NCBI GenBank assembly: GCA_038214755.1
Contig: JBBQRQ010000045.1
Location: forward strand, 1 to 40,525
Reading direction: 5' to 3'
From: Verrucomicrobiota bacterium
GTDB taxonomy: Bacteria; Verrucomicrobiota; Verrucomicrobiia; Limisphaerales; CANJXF01
Length of the DNA stretch: 40,525 nucleotides
How positions within the stretch are numbered: position 1 is the stretch's first letter; every line of letters begins with the position of its first letter. A model generated the notes under the pieces. It was not told the DNA's origin. It ran no database searches and was given only the letters and a program-made list of their open reading frames with translations. The position numbers were made by a program, and so were the translations under genes. Below are positions 1-9,594 of this stretch, in pieces.

Positions 1-41
1 CAAAGGCAAATCAAAAACAGCAGAACCGAAATCGTTTTCAT
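1..41 (-). CDS. 5' end of a probable secreted protein (runs off the window)
   Basis: ATG at 41 reads MKTISVLLFLICL..., signal-peptide-like; GAAAGGA SD-like motif 9 nt upstream; downstream of moxR on the same strand. Confidence 0.5.
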   Translation of the reverse strand, partial: MKTISVLLFLICL

Positions 42-132
42 TGAAAGCATTCCTTTCAGAACGTAATCGCTAAAAGAACTTCCGCTGAATCCCTTTTCTG
101 AGCACTTTTGGATTGGGCATTTTGTTTCAATC

Positions 133-1158
133 TTAACCACCGACTTTTTGCCCTCGCACTTCTTGCAAAAGTTGTTCGATGATAAAACTGCTGGTGATGC
201 CTTCGCTCTGCGCCTGGAAATTCGTGAGAATGCGATGCATCAAAACCGGTTCGGCGACCGCTTCCAAATCTTCCATGCGCACGAGATAACTGCCTTGCAA
301 AACTGCGCGAGCCTTTGCGCCGCGAATCAGATATTGCACGGCGCGAGGACCGGCGCCCCACGTCACCCATTTTTTTATCCACTCGTGCGCGTCGTCGGAA
401 CGCGGGCGCGTCATGCGAACCAAATCAACTGCGGTGTCGTAAATGTGATCGGGGACCGGAACGCGTTGCACGACTTCCTGAAAACTTAAAATCTGTTCGC
501 CAGTGATGATGTGCTTGAGCGGAGCGGGCAACGCGCCGGTGGTTTCGCGGGCGATGCGGCGTTCCTGTTCGAGACTCGGATATTCGAGATTGATCAGGAA
601 CATGAAGCGGTCGAGTTGCGCTTCGGGCAACGGATACGTTCCTTCCTGCTCAATGGGATTTTGCGTCGCGAGAACGAAAAACGGCGAGGGCAACGGAAAC
701 ATTCTCCCCGCAACCGTGACACGATGCTCCTGCATCGCTTCGAGGAGAGCGGATTGAGTTTTCGGCGGCGTGCGATTGATTTCGTCGGCGAGAATGATGT
801 TCGCGAACACGGGACCTTTCGTGAAAACAAAAGCGCGTCGGCCCGGTTGATCCGTCTCCTGCAAAATATCCGTGCCGGTGATGTCGGACGGCATGAGGTC
901 GGGCGTAAATTGAATGCGGCTGAAATCGAGCGACATCACTTGCGAAAGCGAATTGACGATGGTGGTTTTCGCGAGACCGGGAACTCCCATGAGCAAACCG
1001 TGACCACGGGCCAAAATGCAAATCAACACACGCTCGACGACGAGATCCTGGCCGATGATGACCTTGGCAATTTCCACGCGGATTTCCTGGTAAACTTTGC
1101 GTAGAGCATCAATGGCGGCGACGTCGTTGGCGGAAGTTGGCTTTGGTTGTTCAGACAT
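133..1158 (-). CDS. moxR: MoxR family AAA+ ATPase
   Basis: Walker A GVPGLAKT, RIQFTPDLMPSD, Walker B ILADEINRTPPKTQSALLEAM, ATQNPIEQEGTYPLPEAQLDRF. Confidence 0.95.
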   Translation of the reverse strand: MSEQPKPTSANDVAAIDALRKVYQEIRVEIAKVIIGQDLVVERVLICILARGHGLLMGVPGLAKTTIVNSLSQVMSLDFSRIQFTPDLMPSDITGTDILQETDQPGRRAFVFTKGPVFANIILADEINRTPPKTQSALLEAMQEHRVTVAGRMFPLPSPFFVLATQNPIEQEGTYPLPEAQLDRFMFLINLEYPSLEQERRIARETTGALPAPLKHIITGEQILSFQEVVQRVPVPDHIYDTAVDLVRMTRPRSDDAHEWIKKWVTWGAGPRAVQYLIRGAKARAVLQGSYLVRMEDLEAVAEPVLMHRILTNFQAQSEGITSSFIIEQLLQEVRGQKVGG

Positions 1159-1261
1159 AGTTCAAAGATTTTGCCACAGCGACAGTGCCGCGTCGAATAA
1201 GATTCATTTCCAGACCACCGAAAAACTTCTTCGCTTCAATGTCGACAGCGAATAATGATTA

Positions 1262-1669
1262 ATCGCTCAGACTATCAGCGAATTTCCACTGGCTTGGCGA
1301 TGGACAAACTCTTCTCACGCCTTGTTTTCAAATGATATGCTGGCGGAAATGCAACCCTTTGAAACGGCTGAGGCCAGAAAACTGTCCAAGCCCACAATCA
1401 CCTCCTTTTCCCGACTTACTCGGACCAAGGCTTCCATTACAAACGAGAAAGGACGTGGTTGGCTGCTGGAGCAGAACCCAAATTTAGAAGAACGAATAAT
1501 TCTTTCTTGGACGGAGGAATTGGTGATTCGGACTACGTGGAAAATTTTTACCGAACATTGGGATGATTTTTGTTACCCAGCTTCGGATGATTTGATTGTA
1601 TTTCCTGAATCCGAGACTTGGATGCTTCTCTACAGCCACACAGAAGAATTCCAATTTGGAAGCCAATGA
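1262..1669 (+). CDS. Small hypothetical protein (DUF2947-like); frame open from ATC 1262, first standard start TTG 1322
   Basis: Motif W..F...WDDFCYP.SDD..V......W.L.Y.H.E.F.FG; in-frame upstream segment reads AQTISEFPLAWRWT. Confidence 0.6.
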   Translation: MAQTISEFPLAWRWTNSSHALFSNDMLAEMQPFETAEARKLSKPTITSFSRLTRTKASITNEKGRGWLLEQNPNLEERIILSWTEELVIRTTWKIFTEHWDDFCYPASDDLIVFPESETWMLLYSHTEEFQFGSQ

Positions 1670-1707
1670 AAACGGGTTATTCCGCGAGCCTATCACCGAA
1701 CGTTCAA

Positions 1708-4668
1708 TCAATCCTTCTGGAGGTAGGAAAACAAATCCATCACTTGCTGCGGCTGCAACGATTCGAGCAAGCCTTCCGGCATCAACGAAGTTTGCGATTC
1801 TTTCAACTCGCGAATCTGCTCGCGCGAAATCACATGCCGTTGATTGCTCGCATCCAGCAACGTCACAGCGCTCGGCGTCGATTCAGTCATTAGACCGTTG
1901 ATTATTTGGTCATCTTTCGTTTCGACGGAGAAGCTGACGTATTCGGCGCGAATGTAGCTGCTGGGATTCACAATATTGGCGAGCATGAATTCCGTGTTCT
2001 TTCGGTCGGTGCCGGTCAAATCGGGTCCAATGGAATTTCCTTCGTCGAAAAGTTTGTGACAAACGGCGCACGCCTGTTGAAAAATCTTTTTGCCTTCGCT
2101 CGGATTTCCTTTCGCATCGCGACCAGCTACGCCAGATGGTTTCAGGACGAGCTTCAACTCGTTAATTCGGTTTTGCTTTTCAACGGGCGAATCAATCTGA
2201 GTTTTGCCCCAGATTTTTTCAATGCGCCGGTTCACATCACTGTTTTTCAATGCGGCCATTTGTCGAACTTGTTCGATAGAAATTTGTTTCGAATCAATTT
2301 TTTTGGCTTCGATGGCGTCGAGCAATTGTTGAGCCCACGCGGTTCGAGTTAGAAGAACACTTCGAACGCGCGTCTGAACACTTGGACTGAGATTCGTGTA
2401 ATTCTCTAAAATAGTGCGCGCAATTTCGGGCGCGGAAAATCTTTCGACGACTGACAACGCGGCAAGTTTTACGTTGTCCCACTTCGATTTTGTAAAAATC
2501 GATAAAATGAGTGGCGAAGAATTTGTGCCGCTGGTTTGTCCGAAAACTTCCATCAGTGAAATCATTTCGGCCTCTGGCAATTTTCCGTTTTGCAACAGAA
2601 CGGCAGCAGCAGTGTTGGCTTTGGCATCACCGATTCTCAGACCGAGCCGAAGCAAACTCAAATCGCTTTCGTTTGTTTTCCAAACGGACTCAAACCAATT
2701 CGAGAGCACGGGCGGAAAGGTCTGCAGTCGGTCTCCAGCAAACGATTTCTCCATGCCGCGCAGAACAATTTGTCGTTCCTCAATTCCGGGCGCTTGCGCA
2801 AGCAATTCAGCGCACGCTTCCAGCCCGGAGTTCGCGAATAAATTTGTCTCCGCCGCGAAACGCCGAGCGATGCGTTCGAGCAAATGCTTTTTCATCATTG
2901 GCAATTGCCAGTCTGCGGTGGCCTGAAGGAGGGTTTTGATTACCGAATTTGGATCAGCAGCATTCTTTTCAATCGCCCACCAGAGCAGCAACGGAATGAA
3001 AGGATCATCGACATCTTCGTTGTGATGAATCAGTTCGCGAACCACGGGCAAACCTTGAGATCCGGGCAGACGTTTCGCTGAACAGGCGAGTTGCGCACGG
3101 ACAATTGGATTTGGTTCGGTGCGCGCGAGATGAACTAAATTCTTTTCCAAAGCGGGAGCGACTTCTCCTTCGTCTCCGAGAAAACGCACCGTCCATTTCC
3201 GCGCTTGTGGATTAGGGTGACGAAGCATGTCGCCCGCGATCTTGTCGGTGAACCCGCCGCTGACGTAGAGCGCCCAGAGATAGTTCAGAGTGTGAGGGTC
3301 ATTGGCTTGCTGCAATTTTTTCTGCAACGAAACGAAATTTCCGGCGCGCCTCTCGCTCAGAATCCGAAGCGCCTGACGAGCGAACCAATCGTTCGTGTGC
3401 GAAAGCGAATCGACAAGTTGATCGTTCGTCAGTTTGCTCAAATCAAACGCGGCGGGTTGGATCTTCGTCCCAGTCTTTTCAATTTTATAAATCCGGCCAT
3501 TGCTGCGATCCCATGTGTCGAGCGGATCAACATGCGTCGCGCGTTTGTCGCACCAATCAGCGATGTAAACCGCGCCGTCGGGTCCAATCGTGCAGTCAAC
3601 GGGACGAAACAATTCATCCTCCGTTTTCAAAAGCGATCCGCCATGACTCGCGGTGAAGGTCGAGCCGTGCGGTTTGAGATTCGCCCAATAGACGGCGTGA
3701 TCGAGCGTGTTGCCAAATATGTACGTGCCTTCGAATTCTTTTCCAAAAGCGCCGCCATGATAAATAATTCCGCCGATTGAAATGTGCATGCCCTTGTAAC
3801 CCGAAAATGGGACGTGATCGAAAAAGCCGTAGGCGTGTGGGTTATGGAGCGCGCCATGTTTGCCGAAATTTTTCACGTAATAAGCGCCTTGGAGTTGATG
3901 GAGCATTTTTTCCATGAAATTTGTGCCGGCAAAAAGTTCTCCGTCACCATCGAAGTCGAGACCCCAGGTATTACCCCCGCCCTCCGCGAAAAGCTCGAAA
4001 GCGCGCGTCACCAGATGATGACGCCAGATGCCTTGCTGAAATTCGATGCCGCGAATACTCGCCGTAACCGTGCTACCTTGAGCGCCGTAAAGCCAGCCGT
4101 CCGGCCCCCATGTCAATGAGTTTGCGAAGGCATGGGCGTCCTCAATTCCGAAACCGCTGAGCAAGACTTCCGGATCGCCGTCGGGTATGTCGTCGCGATT
4201 TTTGTCCGGGTAAAAAAGCAAATAAGGCGGTTGCACGATAAAGACGCCGCCGCGACCGAGCGCCATGCCGGAACACAAATTTAAACCGCCGACGAAATCT
4301 TTGAACTTATCCATGCGACCGTCGCCGTCGGTGTCTTCGCAAATCGTGATGCGATCCGCCCCTTTCGGACCGCGCGGCGGCGGATCGGGAAGTTTGTCGT
4401 AAGTCGTGCGGAGATATTGATCGACCTTGACCGCTTTCAAACCGGCGGGCGTCGGATATTGCAAATATTGAATCACCCACATCCGACCGCGATCATCGAA
4501 GCTGATGGAAATCGGTTGGCGAATTTCCGGTTCGCTCGCCACGAGCTTCGCTGTGAAACCGTCGGCAACCTTCATTTGTCGCAAAGCTTCTTCGGGCGAC
4601 AGCGCTTCGCCGCGAACCGTGAACAGCAGAATTCCAGCGAGCAGCGCGAGTTGAACTCGGGATTTCAC
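1708..4668 (-). CDS. PVC-type membrane-bound dehydrogenase domain protein with HEAT repeats and c-type heme (CxxCH)
   Basis: Signal peptide from GTG 4668, EPEIRQPISISFDDRGRMWV and GPDGWLYG propeller motifs, HEAT-like repeats, CAVCH...IGPDLT, SLMPEGL. Confidence 0.9.
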   Translation of the reverse strand: MKSRVQLALLAGILLFTVRGEALSPEEALRQMKVADGFTAKLVASEPEIRQPISISFDDRGRMWVIQYLQYPTPAGLKAVKVDQYLRTTYDKLPDPPPRGPKGADRITICEDTDGDGRMDKFKDFVGGLNLCSGMALGRGGVFIVQPPYLLFYPDKNRDDIPDGDPEVLLSGFGIEDAHAFANSLTWGPDGWLYGAQGSTVTASIRGIEFQQGIWRHHLVTRAFELFAEGGGNTWGLDFDGDGELFAGTNFMEKMLHQLQGAYYVKNFGKHGALHNPHAYGFFDHVPFSGYKGMHISIGGIIYHGGAFGKEFEGTYIFGNTLDHAVYWANLKPHGSTFTASHGGSLLKTEDELFRPVDCTIGPDGAVYIADWCDKRATHVDPLDTWDRSNGRIYKIEKTGTKIQPAAFDLSKLTNDQLVDSLSHTNDWFARQALRILSERRAGNFVSLQKKLQQANDPHTLNYLWALYVSGGFTDKIAGDMLRHPNPQARKWTVRFLGDEGEVAPALEKNLVHLARTEPNPIVRAQLACSAKRLPGSQGLPVVRELIHHNEDVDDPFIPLLLWWAIEKNAADPNSVIKTLLQATADWQLPMMKKHLLERIARRFAAETNLFANSGLEACAELLAQAPGIEERQIVLRGMEKSFAGDRLQTFPPVLSNWFESVWKTNESDLSLLRLGLRIGDAKANTAAAVLLQNGKLPEAEMISLMEVFGQTSGTNSSPLILSIFTKSKWDNVKLAALSVVERFSAPEIARTILENYTNLSPSVQTRVRSVLLTRTAWAQQLLDAIEAKKIDSKQISIEQVRQMAALKNSDVNRRIEKIWGKTQIDSPVEKQNRINELKLVLKPSGVAGRDAKGNPSEGKKIFQQACAVCHKLFDEGNSIGPDLTGTDRKNTEFMLANIVNPSSYIRAEYVSFSVETKDDQIINGLMTESTPSAVTLLDASNQRHVISREQIRELKESQTSLMPEGLLESLQPQQVMDLFSYLQKD

Positions 4669-4844
4669 TCCTGATTTTTTGCAGAGTTTGAAACGACTTA
4701 CAAGCCGGGCAAGTTTTCGGTAGTGGTGAGTTTGAAATCTGACAAATTGCCAAGGTGCCTCCGACATCCGTCGGACTCAAATCAACCTTGCTGCCGCCGC
4801 TGCTGACATTCACTGAATCGCCAGCATGAGTTTGCAAACTGGAT

Positions 4845-6053
4845 TCAACGGCTCAACTTTCCAAGGCCTCTATCGGCGAGCCGTTCAATCAATTCGCTTG
4901 CCGTTGAATTAACCAATAGAACATCCGGCGGAAGCATGTTGAACAAAGCAGCGGGCTGTTGCGAATCAGTGACAATCAAAATCAAATTCGCCGGTTGCTT
5001 GCTTTGCCCCGCGCTGTGAAGCAATTCAGCGGCGTCCGCTAAACTTTCGCCGCGCCGTTGGACGCGAATCAAAACGGAAGCCTCGCCGGGTGTAGTTTTG
5101 AGGATGGCATCAATGCCGCGATTTCTTTGGACGGGAACAATCGGCACGCCATGCAGGAAAGCCAAAGCATCTTCGTCGGACTGGACATAGGATTCGCGGC
5201 CTTTGCGAAGCAGTTCCGATAATGTTTTGAACGGCTGCTCCAACCTTTGCTTGGCAAGCTGGACGGCTTCGGATGAAACATCAATTCCTAGTGAGTTACG
5301 TCCGAGCAATTCAGCAGCAACCAGCGTTGTGCCACTGCCGCAAAATGGATCGAGTACCAAACCGCTGGGTAACGTCACCAACGAGATGATGCGTTCGAGC
5401 AACAGAATGGGCTTCTGTGTGGGATAGCCCACGCGCTCTTTCGCCTTTGGATTGAGCAATGGAATGTCCCAAACGTCGGCGATAGGCACGCCTTTCTTGT
5501 GACCGTCCGAAATAATATTGCCTTCGCCATCCCGAGCATAAACAGACTTGCCGTGATCGTCGCGCTGACGACGTTGAAGAATCTGGTCAACATTCGTCGA
5601 GGGCGAATAGTCGTCGAAGATCTGATGGTATTGGTAAGCGTCGGTTTTGCTGTAGAAGAAAATGGTCTGGTGCGACGGCAACGGATTGCGTTGCGAATTC
5701 GACCAACGGCGATAGTGCCAGATGATTTCCGAGCGGAACATTGCTTCGCCAAACACTTCATCCAGCAGACAGCGGAGGTGATGCGAAGCGTTCGTGTCGC
5801 ATTGGAAAAACAGCGAACCAGTCGCTTTCAGCAGGCGGTGGAATTCTTTCAGTCTGGTGCGCAGGAACTCAAGGTATTCGGCGCGGGACTTCCACTCGTC
5901 GCTAAACTCGAACTTGGTCATGCGGTCACGTGTGACGAGCGAGTGCATCTTTTGCGTGAAGAACGGCGGGTCAACATAAACCAAGTCCACCGACTCGGTC
6001 GCCAGACCGCGCGCCACTTCCAGGCAATCGCCATGACGAACTTCACTTGCCAT
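4845..6053 (-). CDS. Site-specific DNA amino-methyltransferase (N4-C/N6-A, beta-class motif order) with C-terminal extension
   Basis: VDLVYVDPPF catalytic motif precedes YPTQKP and the LDPFCGSGTT SAM-binding motif. Confidence 0.93.
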   Translation of the reverse strand: MASEVRHGDCLEVARGLATESVDLVYVDPPFFTQKMHSLVTRDRMTKFEFSDEWKSRAEYLEFLRTRLKEFHRLLKATGSLFFQCDTNASHHLRCLLDEVFGEAMFRSEIIWHYRRWSNSQRNPLPSHQTIFFYSKTDAYQYHQIFDDYSPSTNVDQILQRRQRDDHGKSVYARDGEGNIISDGHKKGVPIADVWDIPLLNPKAKERVGYPTQKPILLLERIISLVTLPSGLVLDPFCGSGTTLVAAELLGRNSLGIDVSSEAVQLAKQRLEQPFKTLSELLRKGRESYVQSDEDALAFLHGVPIVPVQRNRGIDAILKTTPGEASVLIRVQRRGESLADAAELLHSAGQSKQPANLILIVTDSQQPAALFNMLPPDVLLVNSTASELIERLADRGLGKLSR

Positions 6054-6669
6054 GTTGCGCCGTCCTTTCTGCGGCCAACTCGCGCAAGATGCCGAGCAAG
6101 TCCACGCCCGTGCGCCGCTTCACGTAAGCCCAAGCGGCATCGGCGAAGTGATACTCGCCTTGCACGCTTTTGTAGAGACTCTCCAATGTCTTTTGAATAC
6201 GGATGGCTTGCTCTCGGTTCGGATAGTAAAACATCACGCGCACCGGTTTGTAGCCTGCGTCCCGAACCGCCTGCATCCGGGTATGCTCTTTGGTAATGTG
6301 GTCGCCATCGGTCGTGGCGTCGCGCCACTTGATTTCCAAAGCATCGCTGCCCACCAGACAATCCACGCCGAAAAGTTTTGGCTTTTTGCCGTGCGTATTT
6401 GGAACGCGAACCGGACCGGAGTCAGGAAACTTTTGTTTGAAGCAAAGCTTTGACGCCTCTTCGAGAAACGAGCCGGCGTATTTGTAGAGAAACCGTCCCT
6501 TGTTCTGATAAACGTCAATGAGCTTTCCCTCATTCTCGGAAACGCCAAGCACTTGGTAAATCAAGACGTGTGAGCGGTCATCCTGCTCCATCGCAGTCAC
6601 GCGCTCGTCAATGCTGCGCTTTAATTCAGCAGCGTAACGGTCGGCCAGTGTTCGGATTTCATCTTTCAT
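6043..6669 (-). CDS. ApaLI-like type II restriction endonuclease
   Basis: IDVYQNKGRFLYKYAGSFLE, VDCLVGSDALEIKWRDATTDGDHITKEH (PD-(D/E)xK core), MFYYPNREQA; overlaps the MTase start by 11 nt. Confidence 0.85.
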   Translation of the reverse strand: MKDEIRTLADRYAAELKRSIDERVTAMEQDDRSHVLIYQVLGVSENEGKLIDVYQNKGRFLYKYAGSFLEEASKLCFKQKFPDSGPVRVPNTHGKKPKLFGVDCLVGSDALEIKWRDATTDGDHITKEHTRMQAVRDAGYKPVRVMFYYPNREQAIRIQKTLESLYKSVQGEYHFADAAWAYVKRRTGVDLLGILRELAAERTAQHGK

Positions 6670-9275
6670 GGGGTTGATGTTACCAAAATGTTAGCAGCCG
6701 ACGGTTGTGGAATCTTGCGTTCGGAAAACTCCTTCAACCACGTTTGCAGCCGCGTTAAATCCGCTGCGATGTCGTCCGGTTCGGGCAGCGAAACAGGCGT
6801 TTCGTTGGACTGTGAATGTTTGTAGCGCGAATACTTCGTCATTAGTTCATCAATTAACCGGCAATCCTCCACCTGAATTTTGGCCAACCCCTCAATTTTG
6901 TTCTTAGTGTGGACTTCGCGCCGGGAGCGGCGAACGACGCCATTCAAGAGCGCGTCTTCAACCAATCGCTCCACCAAAATCCGCACGTTGCAGCAAATGC
7001 CTGTGGCGTGGAAGTCGTATTCCGCCTTGCCGCTGTCGGTGTAAATCTTCCGCGCACGGGTGAGCCAATCATTCAGACCGTTGAGAACTTTCTCCGGTTG
7101 GCGAGCCGCAAATGGCGTCTCACCCGGCTCTCCTGTGCCCCACGGTTCGCGATTGAGCGCGACCACTCGGGTCGCAACAACCGCCGACTTGCCGGCTTCC
7201 TCAAGAAGCGTGAGCAATGAAAGCCGGTGTGTGAACACGATGACCTGCCGTTTTTTCGCGAGAGTTACGAGCCGCGCGACAACGCTTTCCTCGAAGTCCT
7301 GGTCGAGAGACGTAATCGGGTCATCGAAAACGATGGGCGTGTTAGCGTCGATGCCTTCAACATCGGCGACAAACGCCGCGAGTGATACGACTCGGCGCTC
7401 ACCTTCGCTGAGCACCTCGGAAGTCGGGACAAGAACCTTCGCATTCTTGAGGCGAATCTGATGGAACACATGCCCTTTGTCCGTGCGGCTCTGCACCAAC
7501 TCAACTTGAATGCGTGCAGCGCTCAACGCCTTCAACTCCGAATTGAAACGCTGAATGAAAGCGTCCGAAACCAACTCTTGCGCGAGTTCTGATTTTTTCT
7601 TGGACAGCACCGTGGTGTTTGTGAGCTTGCGAGCAGCTTCTAACGCCGCAATTTTCTTCAAGCGGGCAATCTCATCCTCAATGCTCGCTTTCTGCTCGCT
7701 GAGCCACTTACGTGTCTCCAATTCGCGGGCTTTCTTCTTCAGTTCTGTCTTGTCGGTTTTCTTCGCGTCCTCGTCGAACGCCTTGGCTTTGGCTTCCAAT
7801 GCCGCGCTGAGAGTCACCAACTCGGCTATCAATCCCGCGTTTGGCGCGGACGGCACTTGCTCCAGCGATGTCGCTGCGGGCAGCGCGTCGCGCCTCGCTT
7901 GTGCGTCGTTACGAAACTGGTGAAGTTTTTGAGCGAGCGTGTCGTCATCGAGACCTAGCGTCGCGAGGCGTGTCGTGAAATCGTCGGGAGTTGGGATTTT
8001 GGGGAGCTTTTGCAGCAGCGCTACCACTTCGGCTTCAGCTTTTTTGGCCAGCGATTCCAATTCCCCTTTCACGAACGTCTCAAACGAAACGAGCCGCAGC
8101 TTCGCTTCCTCGCCGAGTGATTGTTGGCAGAGCACGCACCGAGCATCGTCTCCGGTGAACGGAAATTCTTTTTCGAGATAGGCGACTTCTTCCGAATACG
8201 CTCGCGCCTGCTCCCACAGCAGCTTCCAACTTTCCAGACCAACACCGTCGAGCGGGGCTTCATCAAACACTTTCTTCGCATCTTCCGACGCCGCCTTGCG
8301 TTTGGCCGAAGCATTGGCTTTGGTGTTCAGCAAGATTGCGACGACCGCGTCAGTCAAGCCGTCGCGGATGGCAACCAATTCCGTCGAGAATCTTTCCAGC
8401 GCGACCTTTCGCGTTCGCAGTTGCTTCGCTTGTTCAGCGGGATTCTTCTCAAGTAGCCGCGCGTGCAAGCTCTCCAGTTCCTCCTTGAGTGCGGGTAACC
8501 AATCGCACCACTGTGTTGCGTCGGCGGCACTGGTCTGCGCGTTAAGCTGTGCATACCAGTTCGCAGCAAGACTCGTAGCCAGTTCAACAGGCATGGTTGG
8601 CTTCTTGGACGGGAGCGCGGCAATCTCCGCTTCGAGAAGTCGGTCCACGGCGGTGCAAGCATCCACAAGGCGTTGAAATAGGCCGAGCAACCACGGCTCG
8701 AACGTCACTTTATTCTCGGAGTTGACATACACTTGACCACACTCGCTGTCGTAGATTTCGAGCGACGCAAGCTCGGACTGCAATCCATCGGACGGCTTCC
8801 AAGCGTTTTCTTTGGCAGTGCCGTTCAAAGCGTAGTTGATTTTGCAACTTTGAGCCGCGTTCCCCTTAAACACATTGCCCAACAGTTTCCGCCGATTCTT
8901 GCTCCCGCAGACATTATTCAGGATGCGGATGTAGCCGGACTTTCCGACACCAGTGCCGCCATAAACAATGGTAAGCGGCTCGTGGTTGAAGGTCAGAGGT
9001 GAACGGGGATTCAATGCTTCAATGCCCTTGACTTCCGAAATGCCGTTGAGACGCAATGCCACGCCAACGGCTTTCTGGGCAAAAGCGGATTCTGGGAGGG
9101 CGGCAGGCTTCGGTGTTGTTTTTGGTCCTGCGCCCTGGTGTCGGCAAGTCGCCGCCAGTTCAGCCAAGTCCGCGTCCGTGAGATTTTCTTTCGTGAGCAA
9201 TCGCCGCGCGGCTTCCTGAATCCAGAACGAACGTTCCTGAAACCATTTGACCAAGTTGGCGGTGTCGAGCGGCAT
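6666..9275 (-). CDS. Rad50/SMC-like ABC ATPase with zinc hook and C-terminal HEPN-like domain (RloC/AAA_13-like)
   Basis: Walker A GGTGVGKS, long coiled coil with central CVLC, signature LSEGE, Walker B/D-loop IVFDDPITSLD, H-loop VFTH, C-terminal RILVE...RYKH. Confidence 0.8.
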   Translation of the reverse strand: MPLDTANLVKWFQERSFWIQEAARRLLTKENLTDADLAELAATCRHQGAGPKTTPKPAALPESAFAQKAVGVALRLNGISEVKGIEALNPRSPLTFNHEPLTIVYGGTGVGKSGYIRILNNVCGSKNRRKLLGNVFKGNAAQSCKINYALNGTAKENAWKPSDGLQSELASLEIYDSECGQVYVNSENKVTFEPWLLGLFQRLVDACTAVDRLLEAEIAALPSKKPTMPVELATSLAANWYAQLNAQTSAADATQWCDWLPALKEELESLHARLLEKNPAEQAKQLRTRKVALERFSTELVAIRDGLTDAVVAILLNTKANASAKRKAASEDAKKVFDEAPLDGVGLESWKLLWEQARAYSEEVAYLEKEFPFTGDDARCVLCQQSLGEEAKLRLVSFETFVKGELESLAKKAEAEVVALLQKLPKIPTPDDFTTRLATLGLDDDTLAQKLHQFRNDAQARRDALPAATSLEQVPSAPNAGLIAELVTLSAALEAKAKAFDEDAKKTDKTELKKKARELETRKWLSEQKASIEDEIARLKKIAALEAARKLTNTTVLSKKKSELAQELVSDAFIQRFNSELKALSAARIQVELVQSRTDKGHVFHQIRLKNAKVLVPTSEVLSEGERRVVSLAAFVADVEGIDANTPIVFDDPITSLDQDFEESVVARLVTLAKKRQVIVFTHRLSLLTLLEEAGKSAVVATRVVALNREPWGTGEPGETPFAARQPEKVLNGLNDWLTRARKIYTDSGKAEYDFHATGICCNVRILVERLVEDALLNGVVRRSRREVHTKNKIEGLAKIQVEDCRLIDELMTKYSRYKHSQSNETPVSLPEPDDIAADLTRLQTWLKEFSERKIPQPSAANILVTSTP

Positions 9276-9287
9276 GACGCTACTTTT

Positions 9288-9447
9288 TCACGCCTTCGCG
9301 TAAAGCTCGCTGCCCTTTTCCGTGAACTCGCAGGACTTTTCTTCCATTCCCTTCTTCAACGCCTCTTCCTCCGCGATTCCCTGTTCCGACGCATACTTCC
9401 GGACCGTCGCTGTAATCTTTATGTTGCAAATGAGTGCCGCGCATGAG
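9288..9447 (-). pseudogene. thiC: Remnant of the thiC (phosphomethylpyrimidine synthase) 3' end
   Basis: KITATVRKYASEQGIAEEEALKKGMEEKSCEFTEKGSELYAKA* matches the ThiC C-terminal tail; upstream LMRGTH/(frameshift)/CNI is a decayed form of SMCGPHFCSM. Confidence 0.85.
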
Positions 9448-9594
9448 CGGAGTTTAGGAAACGCACGCGAAATGAAAAGCGTTTTGACAGGATTCAAGCG
9501 ACTCAATCAATCTCCGCTTTGCGTAGGAAGTTCAAACTGCACCACTACCAAATTTTCGCTCGCAGGAAAATTTCTTCAGCTTCAATATCTGCCC

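Noticed and set aside
4669..4767. Longer start of the PVC dehydrogenase
   Set aside because: The signal peptide fits GTG 4668; the extension looks non-coding
4770..4840. Possible second thiC tail (SGGSKVDL) closing the defence cassette
   Set aside because: Similarity is too weak and no DNA repeat with 9288..9447 is visible
9322..9594. 91-codon N-terminal extension of the hydrolase ORF
   Set aside because: It is antisense to the thiC remnant, and the signal peptide begins at ATG 9595
9450..9594. TPP riboswitch near the thiC remnant
   Set aside because: Only the 3' end of thiC is present and no GCTGAGA/CCTGAT core was seen
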